This document shows, in pieces, positions 34,873 through 42,714 of a stretch of DNA of 42,714 nt. The position numbers and the translations under genes are program-made. Each line of letters starts with the position of its first letter. Within the stretch, counting starts at the first letter, position 1. This stretch comes from a virus (taxonomy: Duplodnaviria > Caudoviricetes). The DNA is taken from positions 1-42,714 of the IMG/VR virus record IMGVR_UViG_3300025390_000015. One strand, given 5' to 3'. The notes under the pieces are model-generated. The model was not told where the DNA came from, searched no databases, and was given only the letters and a program-made list of their open reading frames with translations.

Positions 34873-35252
34873 AACCAATGACCGATTATGAAAAGCGTTT
34901 GACTGCTAAGAATATCCTTGCTGCTTGTAAGGATATTAATAAACTCAATAAACGTGGCTATGCGTTTTTAAACGTGGCTTCGGGGTTTATTGCCCATTAC
35001 GATATCAATGGGTTCAAGCATTACTATCAGCGTGAAGGCAAACTGCAACAAGATATTGAGCGTAATGCGAAGGCCAATCAATGGACTAATTTTCGGGCTG
35101 GTGATGAACACGCCGATTATTACCATGCCAAACGTGACTGCTACAATCAAATTCTGGGCGGCTTGGTTGCCCGAGAATATATCGACACACTATTTGGTGA
35201 CGCTGTTAAATTCCTGCAAGATCACGTTAAAATCATTCACGTTAAGGGGTAA
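34869..35252 (+). CDS. Hypothetical protein
   Basis: 127 aa; GAGGTG RBS; ATGA overlap. Confidence 0.75.
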   Translation: MKPMTDYEKRLTAKNILAACKDINKLNKRGYAFLNVASGFIAHYDINGFKHYYQREGKLQQDIERNAKANQWTNFRAGDEHADYYHAKRDCYNQILGGLVAREYIDTLFGDAVKFLQDHVKIIHVKG

Positions 35253-35254
35253 AC

Positions 35255-35449
35255 ATGAAAATATATGAGATTAAATTCACATCGGAGGTTTTTGTTGTGG
35301 TTGAGGCCGATAATGTTGATGATGCAGAAAATCAGGCCATTGAACACCTCAAAGGGTTGACTGGTGCTGATTGGCGAGAAAATATTTATATGACCGATAT
35401 TGATAGTGTGGATGAATGGGTTGTCCACACAGAACCAATGTCAAAGTAA
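35255..35449 (+). CDS. Small acidic protein (VEADNVDDAE motif)
   Basis: AAGGGG RBS. Confidence 0.7.
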   Translation: MKIYEIKFTSEVFVVVEADNVDDAENQAIEHLKGLTGADWRENIYMTDIDSVDEWVVHTEPMSK

Positions 35450-35462
35450 AACGAGGTGCAAA

Positions 35463-35666
35463 ATGAAAGTATTTAAAATGACCGTGAGCATTCTGGTTGA
35501 GGGCGACAGCGCCGAGAATGCGGTTAAAAACGCTTTGAGTGACCTTGAATATGTTCTGGAGATGGACACATCCATTTGTGGCTATGACAAGCCCAGAGCG
35601 CCCAAATTGTATAAAGAATACGACACATCGGGCTGGACGTTGGAAATGGCAGGAGAAGCAGAATGA
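35463..35666 (+). CDS. Small acidic protein (VEGDSAENA motif), similar in type to the previous gene
   Basis: GAGGTG RBS; start reassigned to 35463. Confidence 0.7.
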   Translation: MKVFKMTVSILVEGDSAENAVKNALSDLEYVLEMDTSICGYDKPRAPKLYKEYDTSGWTLEMAGEAE

Positions 35667-35773
35667 GTCACCCACACAGAACCTATACCACAGTCGAGAA
35701 GGTGTGGTTTATTGTTTATTTGCTTGTAATGGCCATTATGCTGGTGCAGACATTCATTTTCTTTGGCAAATAA
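35663..35773 (+). CDS. 36-aa single-TM protein (not in the track)
   Basis: AGGAG RBS, ATGA overlap; hydrophobic VWFIVYLLVMAIMLVQTFIFF. Confidence 0.6.
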   Translation: MSHPHRTYTTVEKVWFIVYLLVMAIMLVQTFIFFGK

Positions 35774-35774
35774 C

Positions 35775-35954
35775 ATGGTCAACACGATACAATTTGACAC
35801 ACAGGCCGACTTGTCGGCTTGGCTAAATGAAAACTTTCCTGAGCGTCAAGCCGTGGAAGTTACCAAGCTGGGCTCAGGTTTGTGGGCTTTTGCCAATGAC
35901 AACATACTGCAACTATTTATAGGTGAACCCAATGAGAGTTTTAGTAGCGTGTGA
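35775..35954 (+). CDS. Hypothetical protein
   Basis: ATG 1 nt after the previous stop. Confidence 0.6.
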   Translation: MVNTIQFDTQADLSAWLNENFPERQAVEVTKLGSGLWAFANDNILQLFIGEPNESFSSV

Positions 35955-36540
35955 GTATTCTGGGGCGGTGAGGGATGCCTTCACCGAACTTGGCCACTAT
36001 GCTATGTCGTGCGATCTGTTACCGACAGACGCACCACATGGTCTGCATTATCAGGGTGACGTTTTTGACATCATTGACCAAGGCTGGGATTTGATGGTAG
36101 CGCACCCACCTTGCACCTACCTATGTTCGAGCGGGCTGCATTGGAACAAACGTAGGCCAGAACGCGCCCAACAGACTGAGGAAGCCCTTGAATTTGTCCG
36201 GCGACTGATGGATGCGCCAATCGAGCATATTGCCATTGAAAACCCGATTGGGTGCATTGGTACACGCATTCGACCCTATGACCAAAAGATCCAGCCTTAC
36301 GAGTTTGGCCACGATGCCAGTAAAGCGACTTGCCTTTGGCTCAAAAACCTGCCAAAATTGAGGTCTACCAGTTATTATCCACCCCGCATGGTCAATGGCA
36401 CACCCCGATGGGGCAACCAGACCGATAGCGGCCAAAACAAATTACCACCGAGCAAAGACAGATGGAAAATCAGAAGCGAAACATTCAGCGGGATAGCAAA
36501 AGCGATGGCACACCAATGGACTACCAACGTGAGCTCCTAA
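35932..36540 (+). CDS. C5-cytosine DNA methyltransferase-like protein (short type)
   Basis: MRVLVACEYSG (motif I-like), HPPC (catalytic PC), IENP (motif VI), K.TCLW. Confidence 0.75.
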   Translation: MRVLVACEYSGAVRDAFTELGHYAMSCDLLPTDAPHGLHYQGDVFDIIDQGWDLMVAHPPCTYLCSSGLHWNKRRPERAQQTEEALEFVRRLMDAPIEHIAIENPIGCIGTRIRPYDQKIQPYEFGHDASKATCLWLKNLPKLRSTSYYPPRMVNGTPRWGNQTDSGQNKLPPSKDRWKIRSETFSGIAKAMAHQWTTNVSS

Positions 36541-36632
36541 AACATTGGCCATTTCCAAGGCAAATACTGGACGACAAGCCACACACAATGCCAAGTTTGG
36601 TGTTGGAAGGCATGGACGAGGCCCCGTTTTGA
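36516..36632 (+). CDS. Possible 38-aa protein (WPFP...DEAPF)
   Basis: Read by hand; overlaps the MTase end and couples by TTGA to the next gene. Confidence 0.45.
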   Translation: MDYQRELLKHWPFPRQILDDKPHTMPSLVLEGMDEAPF

Positions 36633-36928
36633 GAGCGGCATTGATTGGGTTGGCCTTGGTGTCAACCCACACGATAGCGGGTCAGGCTTTGCTTAAAATC
36701 GAGGATTATTATGGCAAAGAGGCCACGTTGATGTCCTCGCCCTGTGACGGGGCAAGGGATATTTACGAGGGCTACACCACGGGAGAGGATCAGCGGTTAA
36801 AATACTTGTGCTGGTTTCCTATGGGCAATGGTGTTTATGTGATTGACATGAACACCAAGGCGGGAACTTGGGTGACCCCAAGTACCAGGTCGGCAAAGAA
36901 AACACCCAGGTTGGAGAAATTATTGTGA
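36629..36928 (+). CDS. Putative exported protein
   Basis: A TTG start at 36629 after GAGG gives a signal-like MRAALIGLALVSTHTIA; two Cys. Confidence 0.55.
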   Translation: MRAALIGLALVSTHTIAGQALLKIEDYYGKEATLMSSPCDGARDIYEGYTTGEDQRLKYLCWFPMGNGVYVIDMNTKAGTWVTPSTRSAKKTPRLEKLL

Positions 36929-37146
36929 CCGATGAACAAATTATTGAGGCGGCAAAACAATTGGGGTTTGAGCGTATGCGTATAGACCACGATTATTATG
37001 TTTGCTTTTCAAAAGAAATCGTGGAATTTGCCAAACTGGTAGCAAAGCATGAAAGGCTAATGTGTTCTAAGTTTTTACAAGAAACCATGAACCCTTTGAA
37101 ACCTGAGTACATCGATCAGATCGAGGAGGGTATTTGGAATGACTGA
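36925..37146 (+). CDS. Hypothetical protein (MTDEQIIE...FAKLVA family)
   Basis: GTG start with GGAG RBS; paralogue of 41296..41565. Confidence 0.7.
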   Translation: MTDEQIIEAAKQLGFERMRIDHDYYVCFSKEIVEFAKLVAKHERLMCSKFLQETMNPLKPEYIDQIEEGIWND

Positions 37147-37708
37147 CCGAAGCGCACTAGGCGACTATTTAAAAAACCTATACCAGTTTGATGAGCTGAC
37201 CAAAGATCAGGAAGCGAGCTTGGCCAAACAGATACAAGCTGGGGATCAGGCGGCACTTGATCTGCTGATCAAGCATAACCTGCGGTTTGTTGTGTCGGTG
37301 GTTAAGGAGATGCCAGACTGGCGACATGGCAGTATGCCAATTGAAGACATTTTGGGATACGCCAACAAGTGGCTGGTGGTTGCGGCATTGCGCTGGAAAC
37401 CCAAAAACGATGCAAGGTTTTGCACCTACGCCAAGAAGTTTATTCAGCGGGGCGTAAGGCGTGATATCAATAACAATGACAAGATGATTCGACTGCCTGT
37501 GAATGTGGAGGAAGAGGTGAGGAAGCTGACCTACCTTGAGCGTAAAATGTCACAGCAGTTGAACCGTGATCCAAGTGATGCCGAATTGGCGATTCAAATG
37601 GGCACAACAGAAAAGCGGGTTGGGCAGATCAAGAGCTACATCAGCAGAGAACCGATCAGCCTTGATGCCTTGAACATTGAACACTTAACAGATGAGAGAG
37701 ACGAGTGA
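37139..37708 (+). CDS. Sigma70-family factor (regions 1.2-3, no region 4)
   Basis: YL...LT.DQE..LA..IQ.GD..A...LI..NLRFVVSV.K, RF.TYA, IRLP, L.R.P...ELA and SLD, then stop. Confidence 0.9.
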   Translation: MTDRSALGDYLKNLYQFDELTKDQEASLAKQIQAGDQAALDLLIKHNLRFVVSVVKEMPDWRHGSMPIEDILGYANKWLVVAALRWKPKNDARFCTYAKKFIQRGVRRDINNNDKMIRLPVNVEEEVRKLTYLERKMSQQLNRDPSDAELAIQMGTTEKRVGQIKSYISREPISLDALNIEHLTDERDE

Positions 37709-37881
37709 AACTATATAATGCACCAAGAAACTGCCGGATTATGACCAAGTATGGTGAGGAATACAATTTTCACCACATCGATGGGCTATATTCATATTGC
37801 ACCGATGATGATGGTAATGTGGTATTTCTGCCAGCATATGAGGATGTTTTATTGATAGACCCAAAGAAGGAACACAAATGA
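37705..37881 (+). CDS. Hypothetical protein, 58 aa (MKLYNAPRN...FHHIDGLYSYC), not in the track
   Basis: GTGA overlap with the sigma stop and ATGA overlap with the next gene. Confidence 0.7.
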   Translation: MKLYNAPRNCRIMTKYGEEYNFHHIDGLYSYCTDDDGNVVFLPAYEDVLLIDPKKEHK

Positions 37882-38081
37882 CCAAAGTACGAATTACGAA
37901 GTGGCACGATGAGGGCAAACTGGTTTGCATCGAGGCCTATGACGAGAATGGCAAGCATGTGATCGATTTTGTTTGGGACGAGCGTGACGAGCAAACACCA
38001 GAAAACCTGCGTAAGTTTGACGAGTGGGTATTTCACATGATGAAAAACAAAGACTTGGAGTTAATTGATGACAACGTATGA
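37878..38081 (+). CDS. Hypothetical protein
   Basis: AAGGA RBS. Confidence 0.7.
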   Translation: MTKVRITKWHDEGKLVCIEAYDENGKHVIDFVWDERDEQTPENLRKFDEWVFHMMKNKDLELIDDNV

Positions 38082-38256
38082 ACACTTTGCCACAAAGGGC
38101 ATTTACCAAAACCTGCGATTCAGCCGAGAGCTGCGGTATCCAGACTATTACAACCCAATCCAAAAGTTTGAATCGAGTAACAACCTGGCATGGATCTTGC
38201 CTGTAAGCATATTCTGTGCCAGCTTATTGCTTATTTTTTGGGCAAATTTGTCATAG
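38068..38256 (+). CDS. Small protein with a C-terminal TM helix
   Basis: GGAG RBS; LAWILPVSIFCASLLLIFW. Confidence 0.6.
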   Translation: MTTYEHFATKGIYQNLRFSRELRYPDYYNPIQKFESSNNLAWILPVSIFCASLLLIFWANLS

Positions 38257-38258
38257 TA

Positions 38259-38371
38259 GTACCAGTAGTACCCCTTATTTCTTATTTTTTATTTTAAAAT
38301 AAAAAAAAATAAAAAAATATATATTTCCCAACAAGACTCAAACATACCCATACTACTGTGACTACTGGTAC
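38259..38371. repeat. AT-rich element with flanking inverted repeat, copy B (ori-like)
   Basis: GTACCAGTAGT (38259)...ACTACTGGTAC (38361); core similar to copy A; directly upstream of the primase. Confidence 0.7.
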
Positions 38372-38380
38372 AATTGACCC

Positions 38381-40684
38381 ATGACAAAACCTACTGCACT
38401 TCCTGTTCAATTTGATAACATTCCCCATGAGATCAAAAAAGTCCCCCGTTGGGTTGTATGGAAATTTGTGGCCATTGGGGACGCCACAAACCCAAAGTGG
38501 TCAAAGATTCCATTCAGCCCGTCCGGCAAAGCGGCCAGCACCACCAATGAGGCAACATGGTCAGACTATTTCAACGTGGTCGATGCGTACAACAAAGGCA
38601 CATACGATGGTGTGGGCTTTGTGTTCTGTGCGGATGATGACTTGGTTGGGGTGGATCTGGACAATTGTTATGATGCGGCACAAGGCACATTTACTAATCC
38701 AGCACTCCAGCACATTGCCGACAACGTAGAGGGGTATCTTGAGGTCAGTCCAAGCGGAACTGGCGTCAAGTTGTTCACCCGTTCCAATTTGGCACATGCC
38801 TTTGTGGATCATGCCTTAGGTCTTGAGATTTACAACTCATCGCGGTACTTCACCATCACGGGTCACAAACTCAAAGGTGAGATACCAGACGAACCACAAG
38901 ACCTGAGTGCCTACATCCCTGAGCGTACCATACAGGACTCAGGGGACGACTTTATGGACTTCTCTGCCCCGCTGGACGATTGGCCAACAGAGCGCATTGA
39001 AAAAGAGATCCTGCCATACCTGGACGACATGCTGGATGAATATACAGGATGGCTGACTGTTGGTATGGGTCTGCACCACCAGTACCAAGGTAGTTTTTTG
39101 GGTTTAGAGCTTTGGGACAAGTGGAGCCAAGGTTCAAGCAAGTACGACACCAAAGCATGTGGTGAGAAGTGGGCGACATTTAGGCGTTCAAGTGGAGCGA
39201 CCCTCAAATCACTGATATTTCACTCTAACCAAGTTAGGGTTCAGGCTGCGCTCAACAGTGGCGAGATCATATTGGACGTTAACACACCTTATATCAGCGC
39301 TGAGAAGTTCTTGGAGGCCAAGTACAGTTCTGAAGAGGGCCTGACACTGGTACACTATGCTGGGGACTTCCACCTTCATGTCAGCACACATTACCGATTG
39401 CTGGAGGAAAGTACCGTCAGGTCTGAGCTTTACAAATTTTTACAGAGTTGTAAGAAGGTGGACAGAAAGGGCAACGTGCTGCCGTTCTCAGCGAACCAGT
39501 CTGTGGTGACGAACATCATTGACGCACTGAAGGCACAAACCCACCTTGAACAGATTCCACAGACTTCGCCACCAGTTTGGCTACCAGCATTTGCACAGAA
39601 CAAACCAGTAGCGGAAAAGCTGGTGTCGATGAAGAATGGCCTGTTTCATTTAGAACAGGAGATCCTACTGCCACATTCACTGGGGTTCTTCAATCAACAC
39701 TCACTGCCATTTGAGTATGACCCACAGGCACAAAGCCCACAATGGCGGGCATTCCTGAGCGATATTTGGGAAGGTGACCAGGAGACGATTGAATGCCTGC
39801 AAGAGATCTTTGGGTATATCCTGAGTGGTGATACCATGCAACAGAAGTTCTTCAACATCATTGGGCCAAAACGAAGCGGCAAGGGGTCGATCAACCGAGT
39901 GTTGGTGGACTTACTTGGCCAACACAATACAGTTGCGCCCCAGTTGGAAGAGCTGACTGAAACGTTTGGGCTACAGAGCTGGATTGGTAAACCGCTGGCT
40001 TCGTTCACCGACTGTCGTGCGCCAGATAGGGGACGGTCTGGTGTGGTGAGCCAGTTGTTGCGGATTGTTGGCGGGGACACGGTGACAGTCAACCGCAAGA
40101 ACCGAGAAGCTTGGAACGGGTATTTGCCAACACGAATTGTGATGTATTCCAACGAGGCATTGCAGTTGACAGAAAACTCTGGCGCACTGACGGGCCGCAT
40201 GATCGTTTTAAAGATGTCTAAATCGTTTTTTGGCAAAGAGGATACGACCCTAACCACCAAACTGAGATCGGAGCTTCCAGGCATCTTTAATTGGAGTTTG
40301 GAAGGGTTGCGGCGCAGGTTGGCACGAGGTGGCCAGTTTTTACAACCTGCCACGGGTAATGAGTACTTGGATTTGATGCAGGAACTTGGTAACCCGATTG
40401 GGTCGTTCGTTGAGGATGCCTTGGAGATGGATCCAATGGCCAAGGTGAGCAAGGATGATGTGTTCAGTGCATACAAACACTGGGCGCTCAAGAAGAGTCT
40501 ACCACCTGGCACGGAACTTGCTTTCAAGCGGCGCTTTTTGGCGGCGGTTCAAGAGCATCATGTGATTGCAGACCTTGAGAGGAATGGAGGGGCTAGACAG
40601 CATGTATACAGAGGTGTTAAACTTAACCCCAAAGCACAAAATTTTGTGGATTCTATTAAATCATTTGACGAGGAGATTTTCTGA
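38381..40684 (+). CDS. Primase-polymerase-like (AEP) / PriCT / D5-type SF3 helicase
   Basis: GVDLD and EVSPSGTG (NrS-1-like prim-pol), W..VGMGLH...W..WS..S.KY (PriCT-2), Walker A GPKRSGKG, YSNE. Confidence 0.9.
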   Translation: MTKPTALPVQFDNIPHEIKKVPRWVVWKFVAIGDATNPKWSKIPFSPSGKAASTTNEATWSDYFNVVDAYNKGTYDGVGFVFCADDDLVGVDLDNCYDAAQGTFTNPALQHIADNVEGYLEVSPSGTGVKLFTRSNLAHAFVDHALGLEIYNSSRYFTITGHKLKGEIPDEPQDLSAYIPERTIQDSGDDFMDFSAPLDDWPTERIEKEILPYLDDMLDEYTGWLTVGMGLHHQYQGSFLGLELWDKWSQGSSKYDTKACGEKWATFRRSSGATLKSLIFHSNQVRVQAALNSGEIILDVNTPYISAEKFLEAKYSSEEGLTLVHYAGDFHLHVSTHYRLLEESTVRSELYKFLQSCKKVDRKGNVLPFSANQSVVTNIIDALKAQTHLEQIPQTSPPVWLPAFAQNKPVAEKLVSMKNGLFHLEQEILLPHSLGFFNQHSLPFEYDPQAQSPQWRAFLSDIWEGDQETIECLQEIFGYILSGDTMQQKFFNIIGPKRSGKGSINRVLVDLLGQHNTVAPQLEELTETFGLQSWIGKPLASFTDCRAPDRGRSGVVSQLLRIVGGDTVTVNRKNREAWNGYLPTRIVMYSNEALQLTENSGALTGRMIVLKMSKSFFGKEDTTLTTKLRSELPGIFNWSLEGLRRRLARGGQFLQPATGNEYLDLMQELGNPIGSFVEDALEMDPMAKVSKDDVFSAYKHWALKKSLPPGTELAFKRRFLAAVQEHHVIADLERNGGARQHVYRGVKLNPKAQNFVDSIKSFDEEIF

Positions 40685-40809
40685 TGGACAGTAAGCTGAT
40701 GCAGCAAAAGATCGTTGAGCAAGAACGATTGATTGCCCAATTGAAAGAAGAAATTAAAGAACTTCAAAAACGGAACTATGACTTGCAAGAGTTGTTGAAA
40801 CACAAATGA
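40684..40809 (+). CDS. 41-aa coiled-coil protein (not in the track)
   Basis: GAGGAG RBS; TGATG overlap. Confidence 0.65.
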   Translation: MDSKLMQQKIVEQERLIAQLKEEIKELQKRNYDLQELLKHK

Positions 40810-41114
40810 AAAACAAACGACCACATTCCAAATTAATCAAAGCCTGGGCCAACGGGGCTATTATCCAATTTAGAGACATGAAGACTGGAAAATGGGAAGA
40901 CTGTTGGGATAATGATCCCTCATGGGACGAAAATTTAGAGTACCGCATCAAGCCAGACACCATCGAGGCAGACGACATGGTGGTGATGTACGCATGGGCC
41001 AACCTGCACGACTTGGAGATTGACCTGACCCCCGACCAGCACTCGATGGACAACTTGCGTTTGGTGTTTGATAGGCAGCATGGACACCTGCTCAAAGCCG
41101 AGGTGATTAAATGA
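40806..41114 (+). CDS. Hypothetical phage protein
   Basis: H..LIKAWA.GA.IQ...W.D...P.W....EYRIKP pattern. Confidence 0.75.
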   Translation: MKNKRPHSKLIKAWANGAIIQFRDMKTGKWEDCWDNDPSWDENLEYRIKPDTIEADDMVVMYAWANLHDLEIDLTPDQHSMDNLRLVFDRQHGHLLKAEVIK

Positions 41115-41299
41115 ACAAAATGATCGCAAAATTATATGACCAAGCCTTGGTTATTGAAAACAATGGTGACTATGTTGCAGGTGAATTGGATCCTGCAAAG
41201 TTCGCCGAGTTGATTGTTAGGGAATGTATTGATACTGCCTTTCATAGAGGACATCCTGATTTAGAATTTTTGTTGAAACATTTTGGAATTGAACCATGA
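41111..41299 (+). CDS. Hypothetical protein (KFAELIVREC...HFG)
   Basis: GAGGTG RBS; coupled overlap. Confidence 0.75.
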   Translation: MNKMIAKLYDQALVIENNGDYVAGELDPAKFAELIVRECIDTAFHRGHPDLEFLLKHFGIEP

Positions 41300-41565
41300 C
41301 TGACGAACAAATTATTGAGATGGCTAGACAGGTTGGCATAAAACGGCGCACTGATAATTTTTTCTCAGAATATTGTGACGGTATTTATGATGATGATCTT
41401 AAAGCCTTTGCCAAACTGGTAGCACAGCATGAGCGTGAGGCGTGTGCAGAGTTGCGCAAAACTTTGTCAGCCATTCCAAATAGCCATGTTCCACAATTAC
41501 AACCAGCAGTTGATTCTGCGCTTGATTTTTATGCCGAAAGAATCCGAGCAAGAGGTGAAGCATGA
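41296..41565 (+). CDS. Hypothetical protein (FAKLVAQHEREACA...IRARG)
   Basis: ATGA overlap. Confidence 0.75.
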   Translation: MTDEQIIEMARQVGIKRRTDNFFSEYCDGIYDDDLKAFAKLVAQHEREACAELRKTLSAIPNSHVPQLQPAVDSALDFYAERIRARGEA

Positions 41566-41822
41566 AAAGCATTGAACTTGTATTTGACCGCCTCAGCGTT
41601 GATTGGACACCCGAAGAAGACGAAGCCTTTAACGAGGTGGAGAGACAGTCCAACTTGGGTAAGCAGATACTTCAAGAGATCAAGCCCCAGCGTGAATGGG
41701 TTGGTCTGACGGATGAGGATGAACTTGATTGGGAAGAAGGTGGCAACTTAAAAGATTTAGTTAAAGCTATAGAAGCCAAACTCAAGCAAAAGAACGGTTA
41801 TGCCGAGGAGAAGAACACATGA
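41562..41822 (+). CDS. Hypothetical protein (WVGLTDE...IEAKLK..N)
   Basis: GAGGTG RBS; ends EKNT. Confidence 0.75.
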   Translation: MKSIELVFDRLSVDWTPEEDEAFNEVERQSNLGKQILQEIKPQREWVGLTDEDELDWEEGGNLKDLVKAIEAKLKQKNGYAEEKNT

Positions 41823-42040
41823 CACCATCAGAACAACTGCATCTTGATGCCGCAAGATATGCGACCAACCGAAAGAACGCTTACGTCGAGGCAATGAAAA
41901 AAGGCGACGTTCCCCACATGAGCGATGAAGATTTGAACGGAAGGTGGCTTGCTCACTACGAAGGATACCGAGAGGGCTATTGGGTTGCCATTGGCGACAC
42001 CAAGTTCACAACCGATCCACTCAAGGAGAAGAACACATGA
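41819..42040 (+). CDS. Hypothetical protein
   Basis: Starts and ends in junction repeats. Confidence 0.75.
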   Translation: MTPSEQLHLDAARYATNRKNAYVEAMKKGDVPHMSDEDLNGRWLAHYEGYREGYWVAIGDTKFTTDPLKEKNT

Positions 42041-42399
42041 CTGATGAAGAAATCCTGAGATACGCCGCTAAAGCTATGGGCTTTGCAGAGCCGCACAGTT
42101 ACAGACCTAAATCAAACTCGCTGCTTTGGGTTGGCAAAGAATCTGGCGCAGCAATTTGGAGGCCTTTCGATGACGACAAAGAGGCTTTTCAAATAATGGT
42201 TGACCTGAACTTGTTTGTCTTTCATGGCTGGACCTATGCGCACGGTGAGGATGTTCCGCTCGCCAACGTGGTAGTGGATAACGCAGAGCAAACCGTGCCG
42301 TCAGGGGAGATTAAAGGCGATGACCCAAGAGCTGCTACACGACGCGCCATCTTGAGAGCAGCAGCTTCAATCGGAAAAGCCAAGGAGAAGAACACATGA
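42037..42399 (+). CDS. Hypothetical phage protein (W.PF.DD..AF...RRAI.RAAA.IG)
   Basis: Start reassigned to ATG 42037 in the junction repeat. Confidence 0.75.
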   Translation: MTDEEILRYAAKAMGFAEPHSYRPKSNSLLWVGKESGAAIWRPFDDDKEAFQIMVDLNLFVFHGWTYAHGEDVPLANVVVDNAEQTVPSGEIKGDDPRAATRRAILRAAASIGKAKEKNT

Positions 42400-42605
42400 C
42401 TAAAAAGAAAACCAAAGAGCCGACATACCACTGTCCTGAATGTGGAAGCGACCAAGTGACGACTGAACATCATCAGATGTTCATGGTCAATACAGGCGAA
42501 CACTATTGCCACAGCATGAAAACGCAAGATCCAGATTCACCAGCAAACTGTTTAAGCTGCCCTTGGATGGGAGTGAGGAATCAACTTGAGGAGAAGAACA
42601 CATGA
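42396..42605 (+). CDS. Zn-ribbon protein
   Basis: CPECGS...CLSCPW. Confidence 0.75.
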   Translation: MTKKKTKEPTYHCPECGSDQVTTEHHQMFMVNTGEHYCHSMKTQDPDSPANCLSCPWMGVRNQLEEKNT

Positions 42606-42714
42606 CTAAAGACGAAGCCCCAGATTACTTTTTCTGTGAGCGAACATTGATTAACTCGTTGGAAGATACAAACGTAAGTCAAAAAATTGAAGATTCGCAT
42701 CGTTTTGCATTGGC
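42602..42714 (+). CDS. Hypothetical protein, truncated by the window
   Basis: ATG in the junction repeat; MTKDEAP... open to the end. Confidence 0.6.
   Translation, partial: MTKDEAPDYFFCERTLINSLEDTNVSQKIEDSHRFAL

Larger units (their letters stand above)
41806..42606 (+). repeat. Four identical 18-bp gene-junction repeats AGGAGAAGAACACATGAC
   Basis: At 41806, 42024, 42383 and 42589. Confidence 0.95.

Noticed and set aside
39694-40527. 277-aa minus-strand ORF
   Set aside because: Antisense to the helicase domain with no recognisable motifs
41806-42606. CRISPR or integron attC array
   Set aside because: Spacers are whole genes of 200-360 bp; the repeat is non-palindromic and has no attC structure; no integrase is seen
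1-42714. tRNA genes, integrase/att sites, alternative genetic code
   Set aside because: No cloverleaf or integrase noticed by eye; genes tile densely under the standard code with all three stops used

Overview
This window is about 43 kb of a tailed dsDNA phage genome (Caudoviricetes). It has a podovirus-like gene set with no sheath or obvious tape measure gene, and the spanins imply a Gram-negative host. It has two divergent arms. The minus-strand late arm (31769 to <1) runs: stand-alone degenerate intein/LAGLIDADG-like gene, TerL, portal, GroES-like co-chaperonin, scaffold, major capsid (Mu gpT-like), HNH nuclease, fibre genes, holin/spanins/GH24 endolysin, a Lys/Gly-Gly-motif protein, head-tail genes with an inserted GIY-YIG nuclease, and a >1540-aa repeat protein that runs off the left edge and is missing from the ORF track. 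A 1.1-kb repeat-rich non-coding region (31770-32915) separates it from the plus-strand early/replication arm: GP88-like protein, C5-MTase-like protein, a sigma70-like factor lacking region 4, a primase-SF3 helicase and many small ORFs. The most notable observations are: (1) an extein-less, catalytically eroded intein sitting in the small-terminase slot; (2) five copies of a bipartite promoter-like motif GGGC-N17/18-TGCATWAGT ahead of late operons, alongside the sigma4-less sigma factor; (3) a pseudoknotted leader RNA downstream of the capsid/HNH genes; (4) a promoter/terminator/RBS-sequestering hairpin in front of the HNH gene; (5) an identical 18-bp junction linking small genes like cassettes; (6) a 54-bp TTGACA-N17-TAGRCA repeat array and a duplicated ori-like element. 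All functional calls come from motif recognition by eye; no database searches were run.
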